DNA of 64,000 nt from Haliotis cracherodii (Eukaryota). The notes under the pieces were generated by a model. The model did no database searches. It saw nothing but the letters and a program-made list of their open reading frames with translations, and was not told the origin of the DNA. Position numbers and translations under genes: made by a program. Positions 37,791 through 50,644 of this stretch are shown here, piece by piece. How positions within the stretch are numbered: position 1 is the first letter of the stretch; each line of letters begins with the position of its first letter. The stretch covers positions 434,001 through 498,000 of the forward strand of contig NW_027266319.1 of NCBI RefSeq assembly GCF_022045235.1. Reading direction: 5' to 3'.

Positions 37791-40700
37791 CAACAAATGT
37801 TGAGAATAATAATAGACATTGTACCTACAGCACATCAAGAGCAGTTAGAATGTCTGTTATTTCATCCATCAATCATGACCACTGTTCACATGATAATTGA
37901 TTCACTCCAAGCTCTAAAGTAATTATCTAAACGTACAGTACACTTCACAATTTCATTACTTTACAGGACCCTTATTTTGCCTACAAGGACCCTTACTATT
38001 ATTTATTGGTGGTACCTTGGACCCGACGTGGGTCAGTCAAGGTAAAACCCTGCATCCATCTGTGGCAAGTTGAGCCAGTATGACCTCACCACAAGGACAG
38101 ACATTGGTTTGGGCTAATGCAACCATGTTTAGGATGGACTGGAGAAACATCCATTTTTTAATAATAAGTTTAATCAAATAATCTTAAACAAGCAAACAAA
38201 ATGCAAAATATTAATAAATTGAAACATAGTTCCAAAAACATTTCCAAAGGCTATTATATATTTGTAACAAATGTTATATTTAGGATAACACTTTCTTAGT
38301 AAAGTACAGATTCTAGTACTTTGGGGGTTGAGTCCCATCCGGGATTTGAACTCACACTGCCAGAGTGAGGCACCTAATCGCCAGCACACAAAGTCAGCAA
38401 TCTAACACATTCAGCCGCCAAGGCTTCCACAAAAATGAAAGTCTGACTGGTAGTCTAGATCACGTACTTTGTGCACCACTCTGACACCATTAAGAATAAG
38501 AGCTTGAGATTAGCTGTGTATTAGCATAGTGTACGCATAAAATCAACTGAAGTCCGCAGACAAATCAAATCCTTGCGTATCAAATAAGCAACAAAAACTA
38601 TGAATACACTATTGAAATAAAATTAAAGTGTATATTATTACTATTAGATAAAAACAATTGACTGGTATACAATATAATTGTGTATCAGCCGATCGCTAAT
38701 TCACTTACCGACTATTACATTTGGAAAAGCTTCTGTGACAAACATACTGATAGACGCCAATTGTAAAGCACAACGTGCCAAGTCAGTGCACATGTTGTAT
38801 CTTAATCAGTCACTGATTGGTAATTAAAACAATAGCGCCTTTTTTACAATGCTCTCACATTGTAGTAGTGTTCCAGGTATTGAGTCTACCCGATTTCAGT
38901 ATTCAAGCAATGTATTATCAGAGAATTCATGCGGTTTGTTCATCCATAGTATTTGCTGTAACCAAGTCTGCCCGGAGATCCTGCCGAGGTCAGCATATTT
39001 TATCAGGTGTTTCTGCCACAGAGTGTTATTCCGACATCTAAACACTGATGTTATCACGGACACTGTGATCAAACACATTCCAGCTCCCGGTAACTCACAC
39101 TCAGGGCGGGGCTGGCAATATGACCCAAAGGTCAAAGATCAGCTGATAAGTGACCAGGTATGGTGTGGAAGTTCTAATGGGGGTTTACCTGCGTTTGTCA
39201 CTGATACCTGCCCTGCCGGGGGGAGGGGGGAAGGGGGGGGGGGTTCACACGTGTAGTTTTAGGTCTGGAACTTTAACCCGGTACCACTGCTTTTATCTTG
39301 TATAGCAGCGTTAGAAATTGGCACTAGTCCTGTAGTCCTTGTCAAACTGCCCAATTGTCAAAATTTCTATCTTATATGAGATGCTCGTTTTGCTTGCTTA
39401 TTTGTTGTTTAACGCCGCACACAGCAATATTCCAGCTATATGACGGCGGTCTGTAAATAATTGAGTCTGGACCAGACAATCCAGTAATTGACTTCAAGAG
39501 CTTCGATCCACGCAATTGGGATACGATGACATGCATCAGCCAAGTCAGTGAGCCTGACCACCCAATCCTGTTAGTCCCATCTTACGACTAGCATAGCCAC
39601 CTTTTACGGCAAGCATGGGTTGCTGAAGACCTATTCTAACCCGGATCTTTACGGGTCTTGTTTGAGATGCAGGCTTGTCCATCTGTGTTATTGGTTTGAG
39701 ATGAATGGTTTGGTTTCCAGTAGGAAGTAGGGGGTGGGGGTGTCAGGGGACGATTTAACTGTTGCCCTGTTGGCCCATGGCCAGTTAAAATTACAAAGTG
39801 CTTGCTGAAATGTAAAGTAGATGGCCCTTCTGGCTTGTTAGATGTATGTATAATTGTTTTAATTGGATCATCTCGGTAGAATGACAACCACTTTGCAATG
39901 TTGTGTACAACAACTGTTTTATTTACTCATAAATCGCCATGATATGAGGCAAATGGAAGCCAAGATTTTATTTCAGAGTGCAGGAAATAATGTTTTAGGG
40001 GTGAGGAGTTTTAAATTTTCAGAGCCCCTCTACGTGGCTATGCAAGCTCAGGTTCAGCCACTTCGCGGCCTCCACCATCTTGTTGTAGGCCAGTTATTTT
40101 GGAGAGGGGCCAGTAACTTTTAAAAGGAGCAATCCCTGCTGGCTACAGAATTTGCTGTTAAATCTACACCTTGGGTAGAGGGTTATGGGGTTATGGGGTT
40201 GGGGTTATGGGGGGTGGGGGTAGGGGTTATGGGGGATGGGGGAAGGGGGAAGGGGGTTATGGGGGGAGAGAGGTCTTGGTTTATGTTCAGGATAAATTGT
40301 TGTTTGTACATTCCTCATTCAGTTTCCAAACAAAGTTTGAGTGAAAATGTTAGGAGTCCCATGCTGTCATCATAGAATTCATTTGTATCCATTCGAGGTT
40401 GGAGTCCGTTTCTTTGGATGAGGTGAAACGTCACAGTACTAGCTTCTGGACCCATGGAGATCCGGCTAGGAGTGATCTTTATCAACCCATGCTTTTCGTA
40501 AAAGGCAACAAACAGGATTCGGTGGTTGATGCATGTCTTTGTATCCCCATAGTGTAGATCAGTGCTCATGATGTCAATCACTGGATTGTGTTGTCCAGAC
40601 ATGATTATGTCCAGACAGCCACTGGTTGATACTGTTTTCACTGGAATACAATGATACACATAGACATAGCAGGGCTAAAAAACATTTTTATTTTTGCCAA

Positions 40701-42614
40701 TGACAACAATAGTCTTTTCAGGTATCATTGTTGTTTTGATGGTTAAAAGATCCCAGGCATAGTGTCACCAGGTGTTCAGGTCAAACACACTGGCATGACA
40801 AAATTGTTTTTGCTTTTGACAAAAAATATAAACATTCTTTCACATAATTTTTGTAAAAGTCTGAGAAATGTAAGGCAACTAACTGTTTATACTTTTTCTG
40901 TTTGGGCCATACTTTTATGACAGTGGATTCCCATTTTGATGAAATATAATCAGTTTGAGCAGGTCATGGTGTTCATTCATACAATTAGAGCCTTGTGTGC
41001 AGAGGACAGTGTTACTTCAGTTTCTCCGGACCCGTGAAGATCCGGGGTAAAATACATCTTCAGCAGCCTATGTTTGCCGTAACAGGCGTCTATGCTTGTC
41101 GGATGGTCAGGCTCGCTGACTTGGTTGATGTATGTCATCGTATCGCAATTGCATGATTGATGCTCATGATATCAATCACTGGATTGTGTGATCCAGACTT
41201 GATTATTTACAGACAGCTGTCATATAGGCGAAATATTGCTGAATGTGCGTTAAACAAACAAACAAATCAGTTCAGCTGAAACACTGTGTAGGGCTTAAGC
41301 ATGTTGTATCGTGTGGCCACTGTCAGCTGATGACCGATCTCCTCCGTGATCTCCTCGGTGATGAAAGTTCCTCCTGCCCTCTGTCTGCCTGCCACCGCTA
41401 GGCCTGACAGTGATGGAGGTGTGTTGACTCGTGAGCATAGGATTGAACATGACGGTCAAAAACCAAGCCAAATCAGTTCAAGATCATCAAGTCCGAATAG
41501 AGGAAGACATTTTTGTTACAGCAGGTATAAATGGTGCTTGTAACATGATCTGAGTTCTAGATGCCGAGACCTGATGACGGCAATCAGATGAAGTCAATTT
41601 TATAATTTGGATCGACTTACTACAGTGCTTGTACCACCTGGAGATGTGAGTGAGTGAGTGAGTGAGTGAGTGAGTGAGTATGGTTTTATGCAGCTTTCAG
41701 CAATATTCCAGCAATATCACGGCGGGGTACACCAGAAATGTACATCACACATTGTACCCATGTGGGAATCGAACCTGAGCCTTAGGCGTGACGAGCGGAT
41801 GCTTTAACCACTAGGCTACCCCACCGCTTCTTGATGTGCATCATAGAGTGGTAGTACAATATTCAATTTCAATGAATAATATGATGGCAATGGTCAGTAT
41901 CAAATACAAAAATACAGTGGTGATAGCAAAAGTCAGTGATAATTACATATGGTCAAGACTCCTAGATGGGCTAGGCAGGGGATTGGGGATGATGAGCAAT
42001 CCTCACATGAAAGCTGGTTTCCGCAATGAAAATGCTCAAGAGATACGAAAACAGCATATTGTTCCCTTTTATCGTCTAACTAACTACTGGAAAGTCCCAC
42101 ATAGTTTCCACACATAGAACATTACAGAAATTTCAATATTGTTATACTATTACTGTCCACGGTAGTCCGCGATATACCGAACCGGAGGACTGCACACCAC
42201 ACAAGCATCTAAATATAGTAACTTCTTGACGACTGGTCACTGTCCATACACAATGCAATGAATGTCTATCGAATCTCAACAGAAACAATGTAACAATGTA
42301 ACAATAATTGTTAAACAATAAAATACACCTCCATATAACATTCCCCATGGTTGTCAGGTATTCCTTGTTAACCAAATGGATTCTGGGGACCCAGGCTAGT
42401 GTTCAGCTTAACTGTCCAGACTGTGACTTCCGAGATATTGGTACAAAGATGTACGACTGTTTTGGAAGATTGGCAGCCACCTGTGACTGGGCTGGCTGAT
42501 GGAAACAGCAAACAAGGTCCCTACTGGCTTGTCGGTTTGTGTGGCCGGAATGGATAACTGTCTGAGGACAGATTTTCAGATGAAATCTAGACGATTGTAT
42601 TAGTTGGCATTTAA

Positions 42615-44150
42615 ATGGCCAGATGGTATAGATAGTTCAGAAATTGTCAAACGATGAAGTCATGGCTTTGGATGGTTTGCAGACATCTTCAAATTGCTGA
42701 CGTCATGGCCGAAGGTTTGCAGACACCTTCCATTGATGATGTCATGGCCAGATGGTATAGAAAATTCTGACATTGACAGATGATGATGTCATCGACTCAT
42801 GGCCGGATGGTTTGCAGACACCTTCCATTGAAGACGTCATGGGCGGATGGTTTGCAGACATCTTCAAAATGATGACGTCATGGCCGGATGGTTTGCAGGC
42901 ACCTTCAGTTGATGACTTCATGGCCGGATGGTTTGCAGGCACCTTCAATTGATGACTTCATGGCCAGATGGTTTGCAGGCAACTTCAATTGATGACGTCA
43001 TAGCCGGATGGTTTGCAGGCACCTTCAATTAATGATATCATTGCTGGATGGTTTGCAGACACCTTCCATTGAAGACGTCATGGCCGGATGGTTTGCAGAC
43101 ACCTTCAATTGATGACGTCATGACCAGAGGTTTGCAGACATGTTCAATTAATGATGTCATGGCCAGACGGTTTGCAGACACCTTCCATTGATGACGTCAT
43201 GGCCTGTTGGTTTGCAGGCACCTTCAGTTGATGACGTCATGGACAGATGGTTTGCAGACATATTCAAAATGATGACGTCATGGACGGATGGTTTGCAGGC
43301 ACCTTCAATTGACGACGTCATGGCCTGTTGGTTTGTAGGCACCTTCAGTTGATGACGTCATGGACGGATGGTTTGCAGACATCTTCAAAATGATGACGTC
43401 ATGGACGGATGGTTTGCAGGCACCTTCAATTGATGACGTCATGGCCGGATGGTTTGCAGGCACCTTCAATTGATGACTTCATGGCCAGATGGTTTGCAGG
43501 CACCTTCAATTGATGACGCCATGGCTGGATGGTTTGCAGGCACCTTCAATTGATGACGTCATTGCCGGATGGTTTGCAGGCACCTTCAATTGATGACGTC
43601 ATGGCCTGGTGGTTTGCAGGCACCTTCAATTGATGACGTCATTGCCGGATGGTTTGCAGACACCTTCAATTGATGACGTCATGGCCGGTTGGTTTGCAGG
43701 CACCTTCAATTGATGACGTCATGGCCTGTTGGTTTGCAGGCACCTTCAGTTGATGACGTCATGGACGGATGGTTTGCAGACATCTTCAAAATAATAACGT
43801 CATGGCCGGATGGTTTGCAGGCACCTTCAATTGATGACGTCATGGCCGGATGGTTTGCAGGCACCTATAGTTGATGATGTCATGGCTGGTTGGTTTGCAG
43901 GCACCTTCAATTGATGACGTCATGGCCGGTTGGTTTGCAGGCACCTTCAATTGATGACGTCATGGCCGGTTTGTTTGCAGACACCTTCAATTGATGACAT
44001 CATGGCCTGATGGTTTGAAGTCACCTTCAGTTGATGACATCATGGCCTGATGGTATAGAAAGTTCTGACATTGTCAGATGATGATGTCATTGACTCATGG
44101 CCAGATGGTTTGTAGGCACCTTCAATTGATGATGTCATGGCCGGATGATT
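42615..44150. repeat. 40-bp minisatellite containing TGACGTCA
   Basis: Unit atggccggatggtttgcaggcaccttcaattgatgacgtc. Confidence 0.95.
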
Positions 44151-44581
44151 TTTCAGATGGTCCTTAGTGTTTCAGCATAATGCTGATGTAGGTAAACAAT
44201 GAACCCTTCAACCACTTGGCTACCACTGCCCCTCCCCACTCCAGTTAGAATAGGTCTACATCAACCTATGCTGATTGAAACAGGCTACTTAATGTATCCG
44301 GTTGTCAAGGTCAGTGACTAAGTTGATTCCTTGTCACCGTAAGCCCTCAGCATTGACCATGGATTGTAGCTGGTCAAGACAATTATTTACTGGCCACCAT
44401 CATATAGATTGAATATTGTTGAGTGGGGTGTAAAACAACCCTCACCCCTATCCCTGTAACCCGACAGAAACAGACACATGCTTGCACACTTGTATTTATG
44501 ATTAGTGTTAGCAGGGAACTAATTTCTTCAAGACTATAGAGTGGACAGTGTTGATTCCACGCTGTCTTGTACTATCGACCA

Positions 44582-46827
44582 TAGGTTAGTCTGTCGTACG
44601 TTGGTTTGTTGTATGTTGGTCTGTCGTAGGTTAGTCTGTCGTACATTGGTCTGTCGTATGTTGGTCTGTCGTATGTTGGTCTGTTGTACTTTCAGTATTG
44701 AGAATCTTCCCCGGATTCGTGGATTTCCTGGAATTTTAGTGACCACAAATTTGTTAAACATAAGCATCCCCCAAAATTATGGACCACGCTCAATTGCAAA
44801 GAAGTTTCAGTTGGAAAGGAAAATGTCCATTCTCATCCCTGTACGTTGGTCTGTCCTAGGTTTGTATGTCAAATGTTGGCCTGCCACACGTTGGTCTGTC
44901 GTACGTTGGTATGTCACACGTTGGTCTGTCGTACGTTGGTCTGTCGTAGGTTTGTATGTCAAATGTTGGTCTGCCACTCGTTGGTCTGTCGTATGTTGGT
45001 CTGTCACGTGTCGGTCTGTCGTACGTTGGTCTGTCGTACGTTGGTCTGTCGTAAGTTGGTCTGTCGTAGGTTTGTATGTCAAATGTTGGTCTGCCACATG
45101 TTGGTCTGTCGTACGTTGGTCTGTCACACGTTGGTCTGTCGTACGTTGGTCTGTCACACGTTGGTCTGTTGACGTTGGTCTGTCACACGCTGGTCTGTCG
45201 TACGTTGGTCTGTCACACGTTGGTCTGTCGTAAGGTTGGTCTGTCACACGTTGGTCTGTCGTACGTTGGTCTGTCGTACGTTGGTCTGTTGTACGTTGGT
45301 CTGTCACAAGTTGGTCTGTTGTAGGTTTGTATGTCAAATGTTGGTCTGTCACACGTTGGTCTGTCACACGTTGGTCTGTCACACGTTGGTCTGTCGTACG
45401 TTGGTCTGTCGTACGTTGGTCTGTCATACGTTGGTCTGCTGTACGTTGGTCTGTCGCACATTGGTCTGCTGCACGTTGGTCTGTCACACGTTGATCTGTC
45501 GTAGGTTAATATTCAAATGTTTGTCTGTCACATGTTGGTCTGTCACACGTTGGTCTGTCACACGTTGGTCTGTCGTACGTTGGTCTGTCACACGTTGGTC
45601 TGTTGTACGTTGGTGGTCTGTTGTACGTTAGTGGCCTGTCGTACGTTGGTCTGTCGTACGTTGGTCTGTTGTACGTTGGTCTGTTGTACGTTGGTCTGTC
45701 ACACATTGGTCTGTCACACGTTGGTCTGTCGTATGTTTGTCTGTCGCATGTTGGTCTGTTGTGTGTTGGTCTGTTGTGTGTTGGTCTGTCGTATGTTTGT
45801 CTGTCGCATGTTGGTCTGTTGTGTGTTGGTCTGTCATGTGTTGGTCTGTCGTATGTTGGTCTGTCGCATGTTGGTCTGTCGTGTGTTGGTCTGTCGTGTG
45901 TTGGTCTGTCGTATGTTGGTCTGTCGCATGTTGGTCTGTCGCATGTTGGTCTGTCGCATGTTGGTCTGTCGTATGTTTGTCTGTCGCATGTTGGTCTGTC
46001 GTGTGTTGGTCTGTCGTATGTTGGCCTGTCGTATGTTGGCCTGTCGTATGTTTGTCTGTCGCATGTTGGTCTGTCGTGTGTTGGTCTGTCGTATGTTTGT
46101 CTGTCGCATGTTGGTCTGTCGTATGTTGGTCTGTTGTATGTTTGTCTGTCGTATGTCGGTCTGTCGCATGTTGGTCCGTCTTTTATTTGTCTGTCGCATA
46201 TTGGTCTGTCGTGTGTTGGTCTGTCGTATGTTTGTCTGTTGTACGTTGGTTTGTTGTATGTTGGTCCGTCATACCTTTGTTGTATGCTGGTCTGTGGTAC
46301 GTTGGTCTGTTGTTGTTTGGTCTGTCGTAGGTTGGTCTGTTGTTGTTTGGTCTGTCGTAGGTTGGTCTGTCATACGTTGGGCTGTCGTATGTTGATCTGT
46401 CGTAGGTTGGTCTGTCGTACGTTGGTCTGTTGTACGTTGGTCTGTCGTACGTTGGTCTGGCGTACGTTGGTCTGGCGTACGTTGGTCTGGCGTAGTTTGG
46501 TCTGTCGTATGTTGATCTTTTGGTATGTTGGTCTGTCGTAGGTTGGTCTGTTGTATGTTGGTCTGTCGTATGTTTGTATGTCGTATGTTGGTCTGTCATA
46601 GATTGGTCTGTCGTATGTCGGTCTGTCGTAGGTTGGTCTGTCGTATGTTGGTCTGTGGTACGCTGGTCTGTGGTATGTTTGTTTGTTGTATGTTGGTGGT
46701 CTGTCATAGGTTGGTCTGTCGTATTTTGGTCTGTGGTACGTTGGTTTGTGGTATGTTTGTCTGTTGTATGTTGGACTGTCGTAGGTTGGTCTGTCGTACG
46801 TTGGTCTGTCATAGGTTGGTCTGTCGT
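44582..46827. repeat. 15-bp minisatellite (gttggtctgtcgtac) with a unique interruption at 44690-44840
   Basis: Direct inspection; produces LVCR/TDQ ORF artefacts. Confidence 0.93.
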
Positions 46828-47176
46828 GAGGAGGAGGCCTTGTACAACTGGGGTATCAGTTAGCCTCATCTCTGTCTGAGTGTGATGAATCGTTCTATTA
46901 GATGTGATCAATTGTCGACTGGCTCTGCTGTCTCTGTATCAGATGGCCAAATTCTGCTGGCCTCCGTGATAGAGGAGGTACAGGCATCTGGAGTGGGACA
47001 CCGTGTCACAAGCATTGATTCAGTGTGTAGTGGTGCGGGGATGTTTGTTGACTGGAGTAATACCTGACAACATGGCCCTGATGACAGAACTAGATACTGG
47101 TTGTTGTTCAGTGGGCGAGGGTAGAATACTGTTATGACATAGGCACCATTGTGACAGTTATTTCATGGCAGATGTA

Positions 47177-49851
47177 CTGGGGTTGAAAAATACCATTGCC
47201 AAACGCCCATACCAAGTGAGGTTTAGAATTTGGGTGAGTAATATACGTTTTCTAGCATGCCCATGGATAAGTAGAGCTCACAAAATCAGTAGGGTCAAGT
47301 TTCACGAGAATGTAATCATGTGATTATGTAACGATATTTGATTTGGTGGCCAAGAATGGCAATCTAATTTGCATACAGCTACACCTGTCAAACAATGGGA
47401 TTAATACACTTTGATGTCAGGCAGGCCGTAGTGACGCTTCCATTTATGGCACATGCTTCTTTGAAATGGAATGACAGTTGACTACATTTCTTGGAATTAG
47501 TAATGCAAGGTAGATCTCGTGCCGAGTTTTGAAGCTTCATTGGGCCTAGCTTTGATTAAATGTTTTGTTTGAATACACCAGTCACTGTTGAGGCTCACGT
47601 GCTGTCGATTGCGAAAACTTTGACGCATAGCAGTCAAACTACAACAAATATGTCTTTTAATGAGTCAAAGTATGGCATTTATGATATATATACATGATAT
47701 TTATCCATTCCCTGTCAACTTAAGTTCATTTCAAGGCGTCAATAGTGATAATCTGACCGTGGTTGCAATAAGTAACAGTGAGTTGTGCAATCTACCAATC
47801 CCTTTACACACAATTTCACCGAAATATATCTAAACAATATTGAATGAAATTTTAAATAGAATGAATAAAATATGCTGCAAACGTTAGTTTTTTGTGATGG
47901 GGAAAAGAGTCAGTGTAAAACTTGAGTCTTAGAAAAATGTTCATAAATATTGGGAGCCATGCGTTACCGCACGCTAAAGCCAAGTTAGCGCTATATTGAC
48001 ACAACTTCTCTGCTGTAGGTCATTTGTCTCAAAGACAAGCAACAAGTTTTTGTGAGAATCCATCGGAGGCGAACCCGTGACCTTCGGATTGTTAGCCCGA
48101 CAGCTAACCAACTGAGCTACGTCCAAACTGTGAAACTAAGTGCAAATTTACCAAGCCATGCCTACGCCATTACGGAACTGAACGAAAAGGGTCAACTAGG
48201 TGACGGACACTTATGAAGGTAACAGTGTCTTGTGGCATGGTGTCTTGTGACTTTCGTCTACAGACACTTACCAGTAATCCCTTTGCCATTAGGTTCTCGC
48301 CCCATTCCTTCATCTACAAGATGCCGAGTGGTGAGGAAGGAGCCGATATGGCACGAACTGAAAACGGCTCCAGGTGTCAGGCATCAGACGTCAAACTCGC
48401 AGTTATGCATGAATAACATGGTATTTAATAATTCGTCGGGTGATTTGTGTGGCAGAAAAGTGTGGTAGGGATCACTGTAAGGATAATGTGGATAATAGTA
48501 AGGAACAAGGGAGGCACAAGCATGGCTAGTGACGACACTTGGGTGAGTTCGCTTTTGAATGAGTACTGAAGAAATGTAGTGGGTCAAGGTGGCTTGTGTG
48601 AATGTTCCCCCACAGTTTCCAGTAGCCTAAACCATTGCATCCTTTTTTCTTGACATTTTTGAGAGAAGGATATTAGGAGCCGCTTTAGAATCTATAATAG
48701 CCACTAAACTGGTACCTAACCCTAATGATCGTAAAGGGGTGATTGATCGTAAAGGGGTGATTGATCGTAAAGGGGATCCAAAGGCTAATGATAGTGTTCA
48801 GGGTAACCTACCCTGACACTGGCGACATTTGGGTGTGTTCAGCGCCAATATAATGTACCTAATAGACACGATTTCTAGGCATGATAATGAAAATGAATGA
48901 ATCTAAAAAATAACATATGTATATTAGTTCCCATTTAAAATCATTTTAGCCTCTTGAATTACAAAAAATATGAAATATAAAATATTTTGAAAATAAATGT
49001 GCTTTCATAAACTAGCACTTGTAACTTTACATTGCCGGTATTGCATGTGTCCAATCATGTAGCAGCGGTCTATTTCAAGTTTCTTCGGCAGTGGGGACAA
49101 GTTTAAAAGAAAGGCGAAGAGGAATTCTGAAAATTCAAATGAATCTTTATTGGCCAGAGATAAGAAGTATGACGAATGTAAACGAAAGCGACCATTCATC
49201 GCTGGGTGGAAAGACCAATTTCCTTGGGTTGTTTATGATGACATGGCTGAAGTTCCAAGTAACAAAACATACAAGCTTGTAATCAAAAGATAACTGTTAT
49301 TGATGGATGTTCAAATTTCAGAATTGAGTTTTTGAAAAGTCACGATACCTCAGATGTACATTTGGAGTGGGTGTCAAATGAGTGAGTGAGTGAGTGAGTT
49401 TGGTTTTAAGCCGCTTTGAGCTATATTCCAGCAATATCACGGCGGGGGACACCAGAAATGGGCTTCACCCATTGTACCCATGTCTGGAATCAAACCCGGG
49501 TCCTCGGCGTGACGAGCGAACACTTTAACCACAAGGCCACCTGACCGCCCCGCGTGTCATATGAGAGAGATGCTCTTCATGGGAGTACAGCAAGTACCAA
49601 CCATGTGTTGATTAGACTCGCTGTGTCTGTACTGAACATCATATGTGGAGTAAACAAATGGCAGTTTCACTCTTTTATTACAGAAATCCTTGGAGGACAG
49701 GTGCATCTCTGATTCTCAGTTCTGTAGCACTAACATTTTACTGAATTTATTTGTTTGATTATGGGCTAGTACATGTTAAAATAGGGCAAGTAAGAATGTT
49801 GGTCATATTTGCCCTTTGTCAAGTAACATTTTTATAAATGTTCACCCCCTG
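47177..49851 (+). mobile_element. decayed hAT-like DNA transposon
   Basis: Termini ctggggttgaa / ttcaccccctg. At 49057-49240, M*QRSISSFF...KRKRPFIAGWKDQFPWVVYD resembles the N-terminus/TTF zinc-finger start of hAT (ZNF862-like) transposases. No clean TSD. Confidence 0.55.
48059..48126 (-). pseudogene. tRNA-like sequence (Ile-like body, AAC anticodon), pseudogene or SINE head
   Basis: tagctcagttggttag, anticodon arm tcggg-ctAACaa-tccga, gggttcg; T and acceptor stems imperfect. Confidence 0.45.
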
Positions 49852-50116
49852 AATGTCTGGATTGGGCAGAGAACCCAAAGGTTGATAGTTTGAGCATAGA
49901 CCCTTAATAGGGGCACATTTCTACTAGTCCTTGTGATACCTTAACTATTGGGCTGTTTGGCAGATAGTACAGGACTAGCGCCAATTTCTACCGCTGCTAT
50001 GCATTTAAAGTGTTTTTGGATGTACACCTGAATTTGTTCAATTTGATGGCAGGAGCTTTTTGAAAAAACTATTTGTAGCCATTACCCAGTCATTTTCATA
50101 CAACATGAAATAAAAT

Positions 50117-50644
50117 CAGGGTTTGCACAGATTTGAAAAGTGCAAACATGTCTGATGAAAAGTGCAAACATGTCTGATGAAAAGTGCAAACATGTCTGAT
50201 GAAAAGTGCAAACATGTCCGATGAAAAGTGCAAACATGTCTGATGAAAAGTGCAAACATGTCTGATGAAAAGTACAAACATGTCCGATGAAAAGTGCAAA
50301 CATGTCTGATGAAAAGTGCAAACATGTCCGATGAAAAGTGCAAAAGTGCTTGATTCTGCCATTTTACCATGGAAGTTCTGGAATTTTATTGACAGTGCTT
50401 GAATGTAAATGTTTGTTTGTTTGTTTGTTGTTTAACATTGGTAGTGGTACACTGGGGAAAAGTGCGCTAAGATCTCACAGACCAAGCAGTCGTCACTAGA
50501 AAAATTGTCTGTCATTGTTGGGATTAAAGTTTCAGCATTTCCGTGTTGTTAAACGAGAAAAGAGTCCTTAAAAACAAATGATTTTCCTTGAAAAGTGCTT
50601 TAAGAGTGATTGAATTTAGAGTGCAAAGATCTGTATGAATCTTG
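50117..50644. repeat. 22-bp tandem (aaaagtgcaaacatgtctgatg, 50136-50345) inside a probable MITE
   Basis: cagggtttgcacagat ... atctgtatgaatcttg imperfect TIRs. Confidence 0.65.

Noticed and set aside
32571-41460. Protein-like S/T/A/P-rich minus-strand stretches (32571-32879, 35187-35399, 41290-41460)
   Set aside because: No recognisable domain and no consistent splice chain could be built.
50136-50345. CTGATGA...CAAAC-AT-GTC as a mini hammerhead
   Set aside because: No stem II, G12 missing, unit only 22 bp.
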